Positions 29,522 through 39,039 of a DNA stretch of 64,000 bases are shown here, piece after piece. The translations under genes and the position numbers were made by a program. This DNA is from Thermoanaerobaculia bacterium (GTDB lineage: Bacteria; Acidobacteriota; Thermoanaerobaculia; Multivoradales; Multivoraceae), in NCBI GenBank assembly GCA_963666565.1, contig OY762911.1, positions 1,440,001-1,504,000 on the forward strand. The letters are read 5' to 3'. The notes beneath the pieces were generated by a model. It was not told the origin of the DNA. It did not search any database and saw only the letters and a program-made list of their open reading frames with translations. Positions within the stretch are counted from its first letter, which is position 1; each line of letters starts with the position of its first letter.

Positions 29522-30691
29522 TCAACGACGAGCCTGGGCGCTCGCCGCTTCCTCTTCCAGCAGCCGGGCGCCGCGGAGCATGTTGCCCATGGAGTAGTTG
29601 CCTTCGTGGCAGGCGTACTCGTAGAGACGCTTGTCGGTGCGGGGCCAGGGCAGGGAGCCGGTGTAGGGCGCGGTGTAGTCGGAGTCCTCCACGGTGAACT
29701 TGTAGAACAGGGTGTCCGCGTCGATGCGGCGGAAGCGCTCGACGACGCGCAGCCCTTCGTGGGGGACGTGCGGCGCGCGCAGGAAGTTCGCCGTCTCGAC
29801 GACCAGGGTGTCGTCTTCCCACCAGCCGATCGAATCGCCGGCGAACGACCGATACGCCGGTGGCGGGTGTGCGGCGTCGAGGCGGACGATCCGGGTCCAG
29901 TGCATCCACTCCACGTGGATCGCCACGTGGGTTTCGGTCTGCACGATCGTCTTCAGGTTGTTGTAGGCCGACGGCCGGACCGGCACCGTGGGGCCGCCAG
30001 CGTAGAGGCAACGGGTGCCCAGGGTCTGGACTTCCGGCTCGTCGTAGAGGTTCTCCCCGGTCTCGAGCCACCACGCCCCGCCCGGGTTCCGGTTGTAAGC
30101 GCCAAGGCCGCGCGGTGTGATTGCCCGTCCGCGCTCCGTCTTGGGCGGCAGCCGGCCGTCGGGCGGGTCCGTGATGATCGAGTTGCGGTACTTGCCGTCG
30201 ATCCGGAAGGGGATCGTGCCGAAGTCGAACCAGAACGGGTTGTGGCCGCCGATGTTGCTGCGGTGACCGTCGCCGCCGACCGGCGGCGCCTTGCGGTTCG
30301 GATCGCTGGGGACGTCGGCTTCGACCTTGGCCGCTTCGGTAGCGGCCGCGATCCCGTGGGCGTCCTCGGCGCTCATGTAGGGGTCGTTGCCGTACTTCGG
30401 ATCGCGCACCATCGGCGTGCGGGTGGCGATGTCGTAGGTGCCGGAGAGGTCCGGCCGGCCGCTCGGGGTGCGGGGGATGTCATCCTGGGCGGCGGCCGCG
30501 GTGGAGGCGGCCAGGATGGCTACGGCGGCCAGGAGCCAACGCCGCGGGAGCAGCCTCGACGCGCAGGGAACGGGCCGTAGTGTCGGTGCGCGGGTCTTCT
30601 GACCCGATGCCGCCGAAGGCGGCCGGAAGGACGCGCCGGCCGCAGGCCGGCACCGCCGCGGCGGCCAGTTCCACGCAAGCTGGATTCGCAT
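29522..30691 (-). CDS. Conserved secreted hypothetical protein (YEYACHEGN motif)
   Basis: AGGAGA RBS; signal peptide; PRTPSGRPDLSG, GDSIGWWEDDTLVVET and YEYACHEGNY motifs. Confidence 0.75.
   Translation of the reverse strand: MRIQLAWNWPPRRCRPAAGASFRPPSAASGQKTRAPTLRPVPCASRLLPRRWLLAAVAILAASTAAAAQDDIPRTPSGRPDLSGTYDIATRTPMVRDPKYGNDPYMSAEDAHGIAAATEAAKVEADVPSDPNRKAPPVGGDGHRSNIGGHNPFWFDFGTIPFRIDGKYRNSIITDPPDGRLPPKTERGRAITPRGLGAYNRNPGGAWWLETGENLYDEPEVQTLGTRCLYAGGPTVPVRPSAYNNLKTIVQTETHVAIHVEWMHWTRIVRLDAAHPPPAYRSFAGDSIGWWEDDTLVVETANFLRAPHVPHEGLRVVERFRRIDADTLFYKFTVEDSDYTAPYTGSLPWPRTDKRLYEYACHEGNYSMGNMLRGARLLEEEAASAQARR
30583..30626 (+). repeat. REP-like element inside the 5' end of the 29522-30691 CDS
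   Basis: GGTGCGCGGGTCTTCTGACCCG + GCCGCCGAAGGCGGCC. Confidence 0.8.
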
Positions 30692-30711
30692 CGGCTGTTT
30701 CTCCTGTTGCT

Positions 30712-32733
30712 CTATGGCGCCTCGTTCGCCGGCAGGGCGAAGGCGATCAGCTCCGCCGGTTCGGTCATGCCGCCGCCGGTGACCGCGATGAACTGCCTGC
30801 CGTCCCGCATGTAGCTCACCGGCGCGCCGTGCAGCGCCCTCTCGATGAGCACCTCGGCAAGCAGTTCGCCGGTGAACTTGTCGTAGGCCTGAAGCGAGCT
30901 GCCGAGCACCGTCGAACGGTCGTTGTAGACCTCGAAGCGGGCGGCATGCGTGACGACCAGCGTCTTCGTGACCAGGATGCCGCCCTCCGTCACCGCGCTC
31001 GACGAGCGTCCGCCCAGCGGTCCCAGGTTCAGGTGGCGAATCGCGGGATGGTTGCGCGGTCCGTCGCCGAGCGGCGCCTGCCAGGCGATGTCGCCGCGGT
31101 TCAGGTCGATCGCGGTGATGCGGCGGTACGGCGGTTTGAGCAGCGGCAGGCCGCGCGGCCCGGCCGTCGACACGCGGTCGAGGACGTAGGGCCAGAAGCT
31201 CCGCGCTCCGTCCGGCTCGACCAGCGCCATTCCGCTCGGCCGGGTCATCGACTGGACGTAGAGCATCCCGGTCTCGGGATCGGCCGCGGCCCCCGGATGG
31301 TTGGCGCCGCCGCCCGCTCCGGGCACGGCCAGGATCGCGTCCTTGCCGGCCTCGCCGCGGCGGATCAGCGGCATGAACATGGGCCCGAGGATGAACTTCT
31401 CCGCGATCTCGAGCGCCTCGGCCCGCAGCTCCGGCGTGAAGTCGATCAGGTCGTCCTCGCTCACTCCCTGGCGGTCGAACGCCGGCGGCTTCGTCGGAAA
31501 CGGCTGGGTCTTCGACAGCTTCTCGCCCGGGACGGTGCTCTCCCAGGGGACGGGCCGCTCCTCGATCGGCCACACCGGCTCGCCGGTCGCGCGATCGAAG
31601 ACGTAGGTGAACGCGGTCTTGGAGACCTGGGCGACGGCCTTGATGAGCTTGCCCTCGACCACGATGTCGATCAGGTTCGGCGCCGAGGCGATGTCGTAGT
31701 CCCAGACGCCGTGGTGGACGGTCTGGAAGTGCCACACCCGCTCGCCGGTCGCGGCGTCGACGCAGATCAGGCTCTCGGAGTAGACGTTGTCGCCGTGCCG
31801 CAGCCCGCCGTAGTAGTCGCTGGTCGGCGTGCTGGTGGCGAGGTAGACGTAGCCGAGTTCCTGGTCGGCGGTCATCGGCGCCCACACGTTCGCGTTGCCG
31901 GTCGTCTTCCAGGAGTCGTTCTCCCAGGTCTCGACGTAGTCCTCTCCCTCCTGCGGAATCGTGTGGAAGCGCCACTTGAACTCGCCGGTGCGGACGTCGT
32001 AGCTGCGGACGTGGCCGGGCGGGTTGTTGTTCTGGAGCGGGAAGTCGTAGATGCGCGAGCCGACGACGATCGTGTCCCCGACGACGATCACCGGCTGGCC
32101 GTGGCTGATGTTGCGGAGCACGATGTTCTCGCGGCCGAGATTCCGCGAGAGTTCGACCGTGCCGTCCTCGCCGAAGCCGCGGTCGGGCAGCCCGGTGGCG
32201 GGGTCGATCGAGATGAGCTGCTTGCCGATCGTGGCGATGAACAGGCGCTCCTGCTCGCCGTCGCTCCAGTACTCGAGGCCGCGGGTGTAGTAGTTGCTCT
32301 GCGCCGGCTTGCCGCGCTCGTAGCTCTTCGGGTCGTAGACCCAAAGTTCCTCGCCGGAGGCCGCGTCGAGCGCCGCGACCTGGCTCAGCTCGGTCGGGAT
32401 GTAGAGGCGTCCGTTGACGACCAGCGGCGAAGAGCGGAACACCTGCCGCCGGTACGGCGAGTTCGCCTCGATGCGCGAATCGGCGGACGCCCACCGCCAC
32501 GCCGGTTCGAGCCGGCCGAAGTTCGAGCCGTCGATCTGGTCGAGCGCCGTGTAGCGCGTGAAGCCGTCGTCGCCGCCGTGATGGCGCCATTCGCCGTCCG
32601 CGGCCCCGTACTGGGCCCACGCGCCCGTACACAGAGAGAGTACGCCGAGGATCGCCAGGGCGATTGCCCAACCGGTGACCCGTTTGCCCGAAGCGATGGC
32701 CTTGGGTGTGCAGTAGAGAAGTGGAAGGCGCAA
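30712..32733 (-). CDS. PQQ-dependent glucose/quinate dehydrogenase-like protein
   Basis: GHVRSYDVRTG, DYYGGLRHGDN, FQTVHHGVWDYD, WPIEERPVP and TQPFPTKPP motifs; start uncertain. Confidence 0.88.
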   Translation of the reverse strand: MRLPLLYCTPKAIASGKRVTGWAIALAILGVLSLCTGAWAQYGAADGEWRHHGGDDGFTRYTALDQIDGSNFGRLEPAWRWASADSRIEANSPYRRQVFRSSPLVVNGRLYIPTELSQVAALDAASGEELWVYDPKSYERGKPAQSNYYTRGLEYWSDGEQERLFIATIGKQLISIDPATGLPDRGFGEDGTVELSRNLGRENIVLRNISHGQPVIVVGDTIVVGSRIYDFPLQNNNPPGHVRSYDVRTGEFKWRFHTIPQEGEDYVETWENDSWKTTGNANVWAPMTADQELGYVYLATSTPTSDYYGGLRHGDNVYSESLICVDAATGERVWHFQTVHHGVWDYDIASAPNLIDIVVEGKLIKAVAQVSKTAFTYVFDRATGEPVWPIEERPVPWESTVPGEKLSKTQPFPTKPPAFDRQGVSEDDLIDFTPELRAEALEIAEKFILGPMFMPLIRRGEAGKDAILAVPGAGGGANHPGAAADPETGMLYVQSMTRPSGMALVEPDGARSFWPYVLDRVSTAGPRGLPLLKPPYRRITAIDLNRGDIAWQAPLGDGPRNHPAIRHLNLGPLGGRSSSAVTEGGILVTKTLVVTHAARFEVYNDRSTVLGSSLQAYDKFTGELLAEVLIERALHGAPVSYMRDGRQFIAVTGGGMTEPAELIAFALPANEAP

Positions 32734-32743
32734 CGGCGGTGCT

Positions 32744-32798
32744 CTGGGTGCGCGGACCCTCTGGTCCGCATCAAGCGCGATGCCGCGAAGCGGCGAGC
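32744..32798 (+). repeat. REP-like element, compensatory-stem variant
   Basis: Colinear with 2582-2636 but stem reads GCGGACC-CTCT-GGTCCGC. Confidence 0.82.
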
Positions 32799-32852
32799 CC
32801 GAGTGCCAATAGCATAGAGGGCAATGAACGCCACAGACATCCGGATCAGCCG

Positions 32853-33938
32853 ATGAGAGCGGGACGCTCCCTCTTGGTCCTCTCCTTCACCGCCTCACTC
32901 ACCGCCCTGGCCTGCGCGGCCCCGGACGCCGAACCTGCCTTCGACACCGAAGCGCCGTCCGACACCGCCCCCAGGCCCTCCATCCGCGTCGAACGCCTCC
33001 TCGATGCTCCCATCATCGGCCCGGAGCTGGACCCGAGCATCGGCGAGAACATCCAGGGGCCGTCGCTGATCCGCGTGCCCGGCTGGGTAGCCGACCCTCT
33101 CGGCCGCTACTACCTCTACTTCGCCGACCACAAGGGCCACTACATCCGGCTCGCCTACGCCGACGACCTGCTCGGGCCGTGGTCGATCCACGTTCCCGGC
33201 AGCCTGCAGATCGAGCACTCCCACTTCCTGGTCGAGCCGCCGGAGGTGACGCCCGAGATGGTCGCCGAGTGGGAGGAGCGCCGCGGCCTGAAGCTGTCGC
33301 ACGACGTCCAGAAGGAGATCACGGCGACCCACATCGCGTCGCCCGACGTGCACGTCGACGATGAGAACCAGCGGATCGTCATGTACTTCCACGGCCTGGA
33401 GGACGTCGGCAGGCAGATCTCGCGGGTCGCTACTTCGACCGACGGCATCGACTTCGAGGCTCAGCCCCAGTCGCTGGGCCGCACCTACATGCGGATCTTC
33501 CACTACGGCGGGTTGACCTACTCGCTCGCCATGCCCGGCCAGTTCTACCGCTCGGCGGACGGCTTCACCGACTTCGAGGAGGGTCCGCTGCTGTTCAACC
33601 CGGACATGCGCCACTCGGCCGTGCTGCTCCGGGGCGACACGTTGTGGGTGTTCTGGACCCAGGTCGGCGAGGCGCCGGAGCGGATCCTGCTGAGCAGCAT
33701 CGACCTCTCCGGCGACTGGACGGACTGGACCGAGTCCGAACCGGTCGAGGTCCTGCGGCCGGAGCGTGACTGGGAGGGCGCCGACGCCCCGCTCGAACCG
33801 TCCGTCCGCAGTACCGCCTACGGCAAGGTGAACCAGTTGCGCGATCCCGCGATCTACGAGGAGGACGGCCGCGTCTTCCTCCTCTACGCCGTCGCCGGCG
33901 AGAGCGGCATCGCGATCGCCGAGGTCTTCCTTGACTGA
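32853..33938 (+). CDS. Lipoprotein with predicted five-bladed beta-propeller (GH43/32/130-like fold)
   Basis: ALAC lipobox; YYLYFADH, HIASPDVHVD and QLRDPAIYEE motifs. Confidence 0.6.
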   Translation: MRAGRSLLVLSFTASLTALACAAPDAEPAFDTEAPSDTAPRPSIRVERLLDAPIIGPELDPSIGENIQGPSLIRVPGWVADPLGRYYLYFADHKGHYIRLAYADDLLGPWSIHVPGSLQIEHSHFLVEPPEVTPEMVAEWEERRGLKLSHDVQKEITATHIASPDVHVDDENQRIVMYFHGLEDVGRQISRVATSTDGIDFEAQPQSLGRTYMRIFHYGGLTYSLAMPGQFYRSADGFTDFEEGPLLFNPDMRHSAVLLRGDTLWVFWTQVGEAPERILLSSIDLSGDWTDWTESEPVEVLRPERDWEGADAPLEPSVRSTAYGKVNQLRDPAIYEEDGRVFLLYAVAGESGIAIAEVFLD

Positions 33939-35301
33939 GAAAGATACAGACTGGGTGCGCCGGCGCCCTCGCCGGCATCCGGTTCTGTTCCGGCCTCTCG
34001 CCGTCGCCTCGGTCGCTGCCCTGGCCGCCTGCGCCCCAAGCCCGCCCGTCATCGACGGCGCCGACACCATCACGATCGCCGGCGCGACCCTGATCGACGG
34101 CACCGGCGCACCGCCGGTCGAGGACGCCGTCGTCATCGTCCGCGGCGACCGGATCGAACAGTTCGGCTCGCGCGACGACGTGCCGGTGCCCGATGGCGGA
34201 GAAGTCGTCGACGCCACGGGCAAGTTCCTGATCCCCGGTCTCGTCGACCTGCACAACCACTACCGCGACGGCCTGGAGAAGTGGTCCTGGGCGCTGCAAC
34301 TCCACGCCGGGGTGCTGACCGTCCGCAGTCTCGGTTCCGACCACGGCCAGACGCCGGCGATGATCGCCGAGGCACGCGCCGGCAACGTGCCGGCGCCGCG
34401 CATCTTCACCGCAGGGGTCGGCTTCACGCACCCCGAGGGCTTCCCGCCGGGCAAGCTGGGTCCGGCCACCGAAGAGGAGGCCCGCGAGATGGTGCGCGAA
34501 CTCGCCGCGCAGGAAGTCGACCTGATCAAGATGTGGGTCGACACCTTCCTCGACACGCGGCCGAAGATCGAGCCCGAGATCCGCGCCGCCATCGCCGACG
34601 AGGCGGCGCGGCACGGCATCCCCGTCTCGGCCCACATCTTCTTCGAGGAGGATGTCCGGCAACTCGTCGACGCCGGCGTGCGTTCCTTCGTCCACGGCGT
34701 GCGCGACCAGGAGGTCGACGACGAGTTCGTCTCGATGGCGCGGGAGAACGACCTCTCCTTCGCGCCCGCTCTCGGCCAGGCGAAGACCTTCTGGTGGGTC
34801 GCCGAGCACCCGGAGCTGCTCGACGACGAGGGGTTCCGGGCCGGACTTCAGCCAGCCCTGCTGGAACGACTGCTCGATGCCGAGAACCGGGCCGCCATGC
34901 TGGAGAGCGAGTCGACCGCCAAACGCCGCGTCGCCTACGACTACGTGACGAAGTTCGTCCGCCGCATGAACGAAGCCGGCGTCACGGTCACCGTCGGCTC
35001 TGACAGCGGCGCCGGCAACATCGCCTACGGCTGGGGCACCCACCACGAAGTGGAGACCCTGGTCGAGGACGGCGGCCTGACGCCGCTCGAGGCCCTGGCG
35101 GCGGCCGGTGCCGCCGCGGCCGCTGAACTCACCGACGACCCGGACTTCGGGTCGGTCGCCGAGGGCAACGCCGCGGACCTCGTGCTTCTATCCGCCGATC
35201 CCCTCGCCGACATCCGCAACACACGGCAGATCGATCGTGTGATGCAGGCCGGGGTCTGGCTCGAACGCGGGCTGCCGGAGTTCCCGCAGCCGGCGGAGTA
35301 G
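33931..35301 (+). CDS. Amidohydrolase family lipoprotein
   Basis: IPGLVDLHNH, SAH, VHG and GSD motifs; G..ADLVLL.ADPL; LAAC lipobox. Confidence 0.85.
   Translation: MTEKDTDWVRRRPRRHPVLFRPLAVASVAALAACAPSPPVIDGADTITIAGATLIDGTGAPPVEDAVVIVRGDRIEQFGSRDDVPVPDGGEVVDATGKFLIPGLVDLHNHYRDGLEKWSWALQLHAGVLTVRSLGSDHGQTPAMIAEARAGNVPAPRIFTAGVGFTHPEGFPPGKLGPATEEEAREMVRELAAQEVDLIKMWVDTFLDTRPKIEPEIRAAIADEAARHGIPVSAHIFFEEDVRQLVDAGVRSFVHGVRDQEVDDEFVSMARENDLSFAPALGQAKTFWWVAEHPELLDDEGFRAGLQPALLERLLDAENRAAMLESESTAKRRVAYDYVTKFVRRMNEAGVTVTVGSDSGAGNIAYGWGTHHEVETLVEDGGLTPLEALAAAGAAAAAELTDDPDFGSVAEGNAADLVLLSADPLADIRNTRQIDRVMQAGVWLERGLPEFPQPAE
33951..33979 (+). repeat. REP-like core variant within the amidohydrolase 5' region
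   Basis: CTGGGTGC + GCCGGCG-CCCT-CGCCGGC + ATC. Confidence 0.65.
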
Positions 35302-35587
35302 CCGGAACCCGCGCTCGAATCCGCATAGTCCGCCCGCAGCGCTGTTCGACACAGTGGGTCTGGCACGCCGACGTCCGCCCTCCGGCCCGGGAGCGCCACC
35401 GCGAGCGGGCCCAGCCCTCCCTTGGCCCAACACCTCTCGCCCGTGGACCGCGGAAGCCGACGATCCGCCGCCGCGGGGGTCGGGGTCGCCGGTCGGTCGC
35501 GGCCGTCTCGAAGCCTCGAAGCCGCCGCGCGACGGCCGCGGTCTCAAAGCCTGGCCCAGGCGCTGGCGGGTGCGTCCAGGACCGGCC

Positions 35588-36472
35588 TCAGCCGTCCCGC
35601 CAGCTCACCACCCGCATGAAGTACTGAACATCGATGAAGTCGCGCGGCTTGACTTCGGCCAGCCCAGCTTCCGCCAGTTCGTCGCGGACGACCTGGAAGA
35701 ACTCCCGGATCCGGCGGTAGCCGTCCCAGGCCACTTCCGAGCGGTAGCCCACGTCGTAGCGCCAGGCGGCGGCCGCTCTTGTGACGGAGTCGGGCTGGAC
35801 CAAGACTTCGCGATCGGGGAACACGATCCACCGAAAGTACGTCGAGAGCGGCCACCTTGCGGTTCCCAGGCTGTCCAACCACGAGACGAACTGCTCGAAG
35901 GCGGTTTCCTCGCTCCGCGATCCATAGAGCAGCGTCCGCAGTCCGCTTGCGAAGGCCCTTTCTCTGGCGTCGTCGCCAAGAACCTGTTTCCACAGGTCGT
36001 CGGAAGCGCGCCAGTCGACCACGTTCGTGATCTTGAGGTTCTTCTTGGCGCGCCGGCATGCCTCCGAGTGGTTTCCTTCTTCGAGCAGTTCGTCGAGGGC
36101 GTCGCGGCTCAGCCGCTCAAGGGCTTGCCGGCGAGCGGCCTCCTTGTAGTTCCGCTCGGCGGCGACGTACGCCTCGTTGGAGAACCCACCGGGAAACTTC
36201 CTGAGGAAGTAGTCGATCGACTTCGCGAGGTTGCGGTACTCCGGTACCAACGCCGTCGTCGAGTCCCGGAGATCGAGCCGATCGAGACGCGGATGGGCAG
36301 GTCTCGGCACGAGCGGAGGCAGCGGAATCCGCCCAAGGTCGATCTTCTTGACGCCGTCAACGAAGAAGATCTCCGCCTTGCCGCCACCCACATCGAGCAC
36401 CTGGCCGAGGCCGAGCTTGGGATGGAGAACGCGATCCCCCGAACTGAGCTGCGCTGCTGGCCGGCTGGTCAT
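35588..36472 (-). CDS. Hypothetical protein with N-terminal DUF3553/Tudor-like domain
   Basis: GDRVLHPKLGLGQV..V...KAEIFF; C-terminal DFIDVQYF; TAGAAT upstream. Confidence 0.6.
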   Translation of the reverse strand: MTSRPAAQLSSGDRVLHPKLGLGQVLDVGGGKAEIFFVDGVKKIDLGRIPLPPLVPRPAHPRLDRLDLRDSTTALVPEYRNLAKSIDYFLRKFPGGFSNEAYVAAERNYKEAARRQALERLSRDALDELLEEGNHSEACRRAKKNLKITNVVDWRASDDLWKQVLGDDARERAFASGLRTLLYGSRSEETAFEQFVSWLDSLGTARWPLSTYFRWIVFPDREVLVQPDSVTRAAAAWRYDVGYRSEVAWDGYRRIREFFQVVRDELAEAGLAEVKPRDFIDVQYFMRVVSWRDG

Positions 36473-36490
36473 TCTTTGTTGGCGCGCATT

Positions 36491-36967
36491 CTAGTCGAGG
36501 GGTGGCCTTGTGGGCCGCTCTGCCGCGGAGGAGGGCCGCGACTGGCCGCGGCCCTCCTCGGCTTGGTGCGTTCCGGTAGTCCGGCCGCGCAGGCGCCGGC
36601 CAGCCTGCGTCAGGCGGTAGCGCTGGTTCCTTGCGCTGGGAGTCTCGGGCCGCGTCATCTTGATCAGGCCGTCCTTCAGCGCTGGCCCCAGATACGCCTG
36701 TCGCAGCCACTTCCGGTCGCGCAGGCCCAGCGCCTCCAGTACCTCGCGCCCCGACATCTCCCCGTCCAGCACCCGCAGAAGCCGCTCGACCTGGGGGGAA
36801 ACCTGGGGGGTTTCCTGGGGGGCGTCCTCCCGCACGGCATCGAGGATGGCCTCCAGCATGAAGCGGATGAAGAACGTGCTCTCACCCGCCCCGGAACTCC
36901 GTTCGATCGCCTCGTAGTAATCGCTCTGACGGGCGCGCACGACGCTCTCCACACGGCGACTCGTCAC
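36491..36967 (-). pseudogene. C-terminal (HTH-bearing) fragment of a Fic family gene
   Basis: Clearly paralogous to the last ~125 aa of the Fic at 62462-63457; lacks the HPFxDGNGR motif; GTGA overlap with upstream stop. Confidence 0.72.
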
Positions 36968-38142
36968 TCGTTCGAGCCTTGCTTGAGCAAAGGCCGATTT
37001 GGAACGACGCCACGCAGGAACTCGTCGACCGGCAAGCAGAGGACGTCGTCGACCAGGAGGCGGTCGGCGCCGCGATACAGCAGAGCGGCCTGAGCCTCCG
37101 GATAGTCGGCCACGAAGGCCCTGAGCGCGCGCAGGTCGCTTCGCTGCGCGGTCCGGGAGTTCTTGACCTCGAAGGCCCAGAAGCCAGCCTCTCCGTAAAC
37201 GACGAAGTCGATCTCCGAACCGCCGCGCGTGCGCCAGAAGAACAGCCTGTTGGCGCCTCCCGAGTACGCGGCCCAGGCGCGGAGATGCTGTGCCACGAGA
37301 CCTTCGAGGGCCGGTCCTTCCGTCTCGGCCCGGCTGTCCAGCGGTCCGGCTGGACGGAGCGCCCGAAAGACGCCGGCGTCGAAGAGGTAGAGCTTCTGGT
37401 GGACGACCGTCTTGCGGCGCGCGCGCCTCCGGAACACGGGCAGGCGGAATGCCAGAAGCAGGTCTTCCAGGATGGTGACGTAGCCGGAGGCGGTGCGGTG
37501 CGGCACTTCGCACTCCCTGGCGACGGAGGCGACGTTGAGCTGGGCGCCGTGCGAGAAGCTGACTGCTTCGAGGAAGCGGGCGAAGGCCCCGACGTCGCGA
37601 ACGATGCCCTCGGCCTGGACTTCCTGCTCCAGGTAGAGCCCCGCATACGCCCTGAGCATCTCGTCGGGATCCGGCGCGCGGGTCACCAGGGGAAGGAGTC
37701 CGATGGCTAGTGCTCGGTCCAGGGAGAAGTCGGGCGTCTCCGCGGCCATGAAGGGGTGCATCGTCCGGTAGAAGGCTCGGCCCCCGAGGAGATCGACGCC
37801 GCCTCGGCGGAGCTTCCTCGCGCTCGATCCGGTAAGCGCGAACCGCCGGCTGTCGGGCGATTCCAGGACGGAGTGAACCACGGTGAGAAGCTCGGGTACG
37901 CGCTGGACCTCGTCGACGACCACGTCGGTGCGGTCCGGCTCGGCGGCGATCATCTCGCGCAGGCGCTCCGGGCGGGCCCGGAGAGCGCGGTACAGAGCCG
38001 GGTTGAGCAGATCCAGATAGAGAGCATCCGGAAGCTGGTCCCGGAGCCAGGTCGACTTGCCCGTCCCCCGAGGCCCGAAGAGGAAGAAACTCTGGTCTGG
38101 TAGCCCGCAGAAGCGCGGCGTTATTGCCGATTTGCGTCGCAA
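36964..38142 (-). CDS. AAA_14 ATPase with DUF4143 and PD-(D/E)XK-like C-terminus
   Basis: GPRGTGKST, VVDEVQ, LTGSSARKL, KLYLFDAGV and EIDFVV...AFEVK motifs; start uncertain. Confidence 0.88.
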   Translation of the reverse strand: MRRKSAITPRFCGLPDQSFFLFGPRGTGKSTWLRDQLPDALYLDLLNPALYRALRARPERLREMIAAEPDRTDVVVDEVQRVPELLTVVHSVLESPDSRRFALTGSSARKLRRGGVDLLGGRAFYRTMHPFMAAETPDFSLDRALAIGLLPLVTRAPDPDEMLRAYAGLYLEQEVQAEGIVRDVGAFARFLEAVSFSHGAQLNVASVARECEVPHRTASGYVTILEDLLLAFRLPVFRRRARRKTVVHQKLYLFDAGVFRALRPAGPLDSRAETEGPALEGLVAQHLRAWAAYSGGANRLFFWRTRGGSEIDFVVYGEAGFWAFEVKNSRTAQRSDLRALRAFVADYPEAQAALLYRGADRLLVDDVLCLPVDEFLRGVVPNRPLLKQGSNE

Positions 38143-38270
38143 AACGGCGACAGCCTAGCCGATTTGGGACTCTTAGGCATCCTAACCGCCTTCGCCTCGA
38201 ACATCGAAGGGGGCGAAAACCTCGCCTGCCCGTGGTCGAAACGTCGCGGAAAGACGGCGGGCCGTGCGGC

Positions 38271-38975
38271 TCACTCGACGGGCGGGTCGCCTGCCCCGGA
38301 GACCGCCAACCGCCAGCCCAGGAGACCCATGTAGACGATGCCGCTGGCGGACGTCAACGCGAACACCGGAGCGAGCGACAGCTCCAGCGTGTTCGAATGC
38401 CACGCGGCGATGAACAGCGCCAGCGCAACCAGGGTCAGCACGCCGACGATGCCGTTCAGCACCGGCGGCAGGCGCAGCGGCTCCGGTCGGGAGATGAGGC
38501 CGAACGCCAGCACCGCGATCCCGGCGTAGCCCGCGACGCTGCCCGTGAAGTGCAGACCCCATACCGTGCGCTGCATCGCCAGCGCCGTCGCCAGCGATTG
38601 CGCCGCCTGTTCCGGGTCGGACCCCAGCGCCGCCCTGCCAAAGCCGACGAGCATGTAGTCGAAGCCTCGCATCACCATCTGCAGGACCGCGCCGACCGTC
38701 ATACCGAGCAGGCCGAGCCGCGGCACGGGGGCGGCGTACCGCCGCAACGTCACGATGCCGTTCAGCATGAGCAAGGCGCCCAGGACGATGACGACCGCCA
38801 GGGCGTAGGACAGGGCGGCGTTGCGCCCCATCGCCAGCGTCAGGTCCGTCAGGCTGGTGCTGGGGACGGTATCCACCATGCCGCGGCCGGGCGACAGCGC
38901 GGAGGCGACAGCCACCGCGACGGTTCCGGACAGCAGCGACCAGCCGCCAAGTCTCGTTTCGGTCAAGCCCTTCAT
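38271..38975 (-). CDS. Integral membrane hypothetical protein
   Basis: About 6 hydrophobic segments; GAGGAGG RBS. Confidence 0.65.
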   Translation of the reverse strand: MKGLTETRLGGWSLLSGTVAVAVASALSPGRGMVDTVPSTSLTDLTLAMGRNAALSYALAVVIVLGALLMLNGIVTLRRYAAPVPRLGLLGMTVGAVLQMVMRGFDYMLVGFGRAALGSDPEQAAQSLATALAMQRTVWGLHFTGSVAGYAGIAVLAFGLISRPEPLRLPPVLNGIVGVLTLVALALFIAAWHSNTLELSLAPVFALTSASGIVYMGLLGWRLAVSGAGDPPVE

Positions 38976-39039
38976 GTGCCTCCTCGATCCGCCGTAGAGC
39001 GGCGGCAATCCGGTCCCTCCATGCGACTCCCGGACCCCC

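Noticed and set aside
29522-32671. 1049-aa ORF as a fusion with the PQQ enzyme
   Set aside because: The upstream part is an off-frame overlap of the PQQ gene; a separate RBS and ATG exist at 30691.
35302-35587. GC-rich intergenic region as an ncRNA
   Set aside because: Hairpins such as CGCGGCCGTC...GACGGCCGCG exist, but there is no recognisable RNA family or second full copy in the window.
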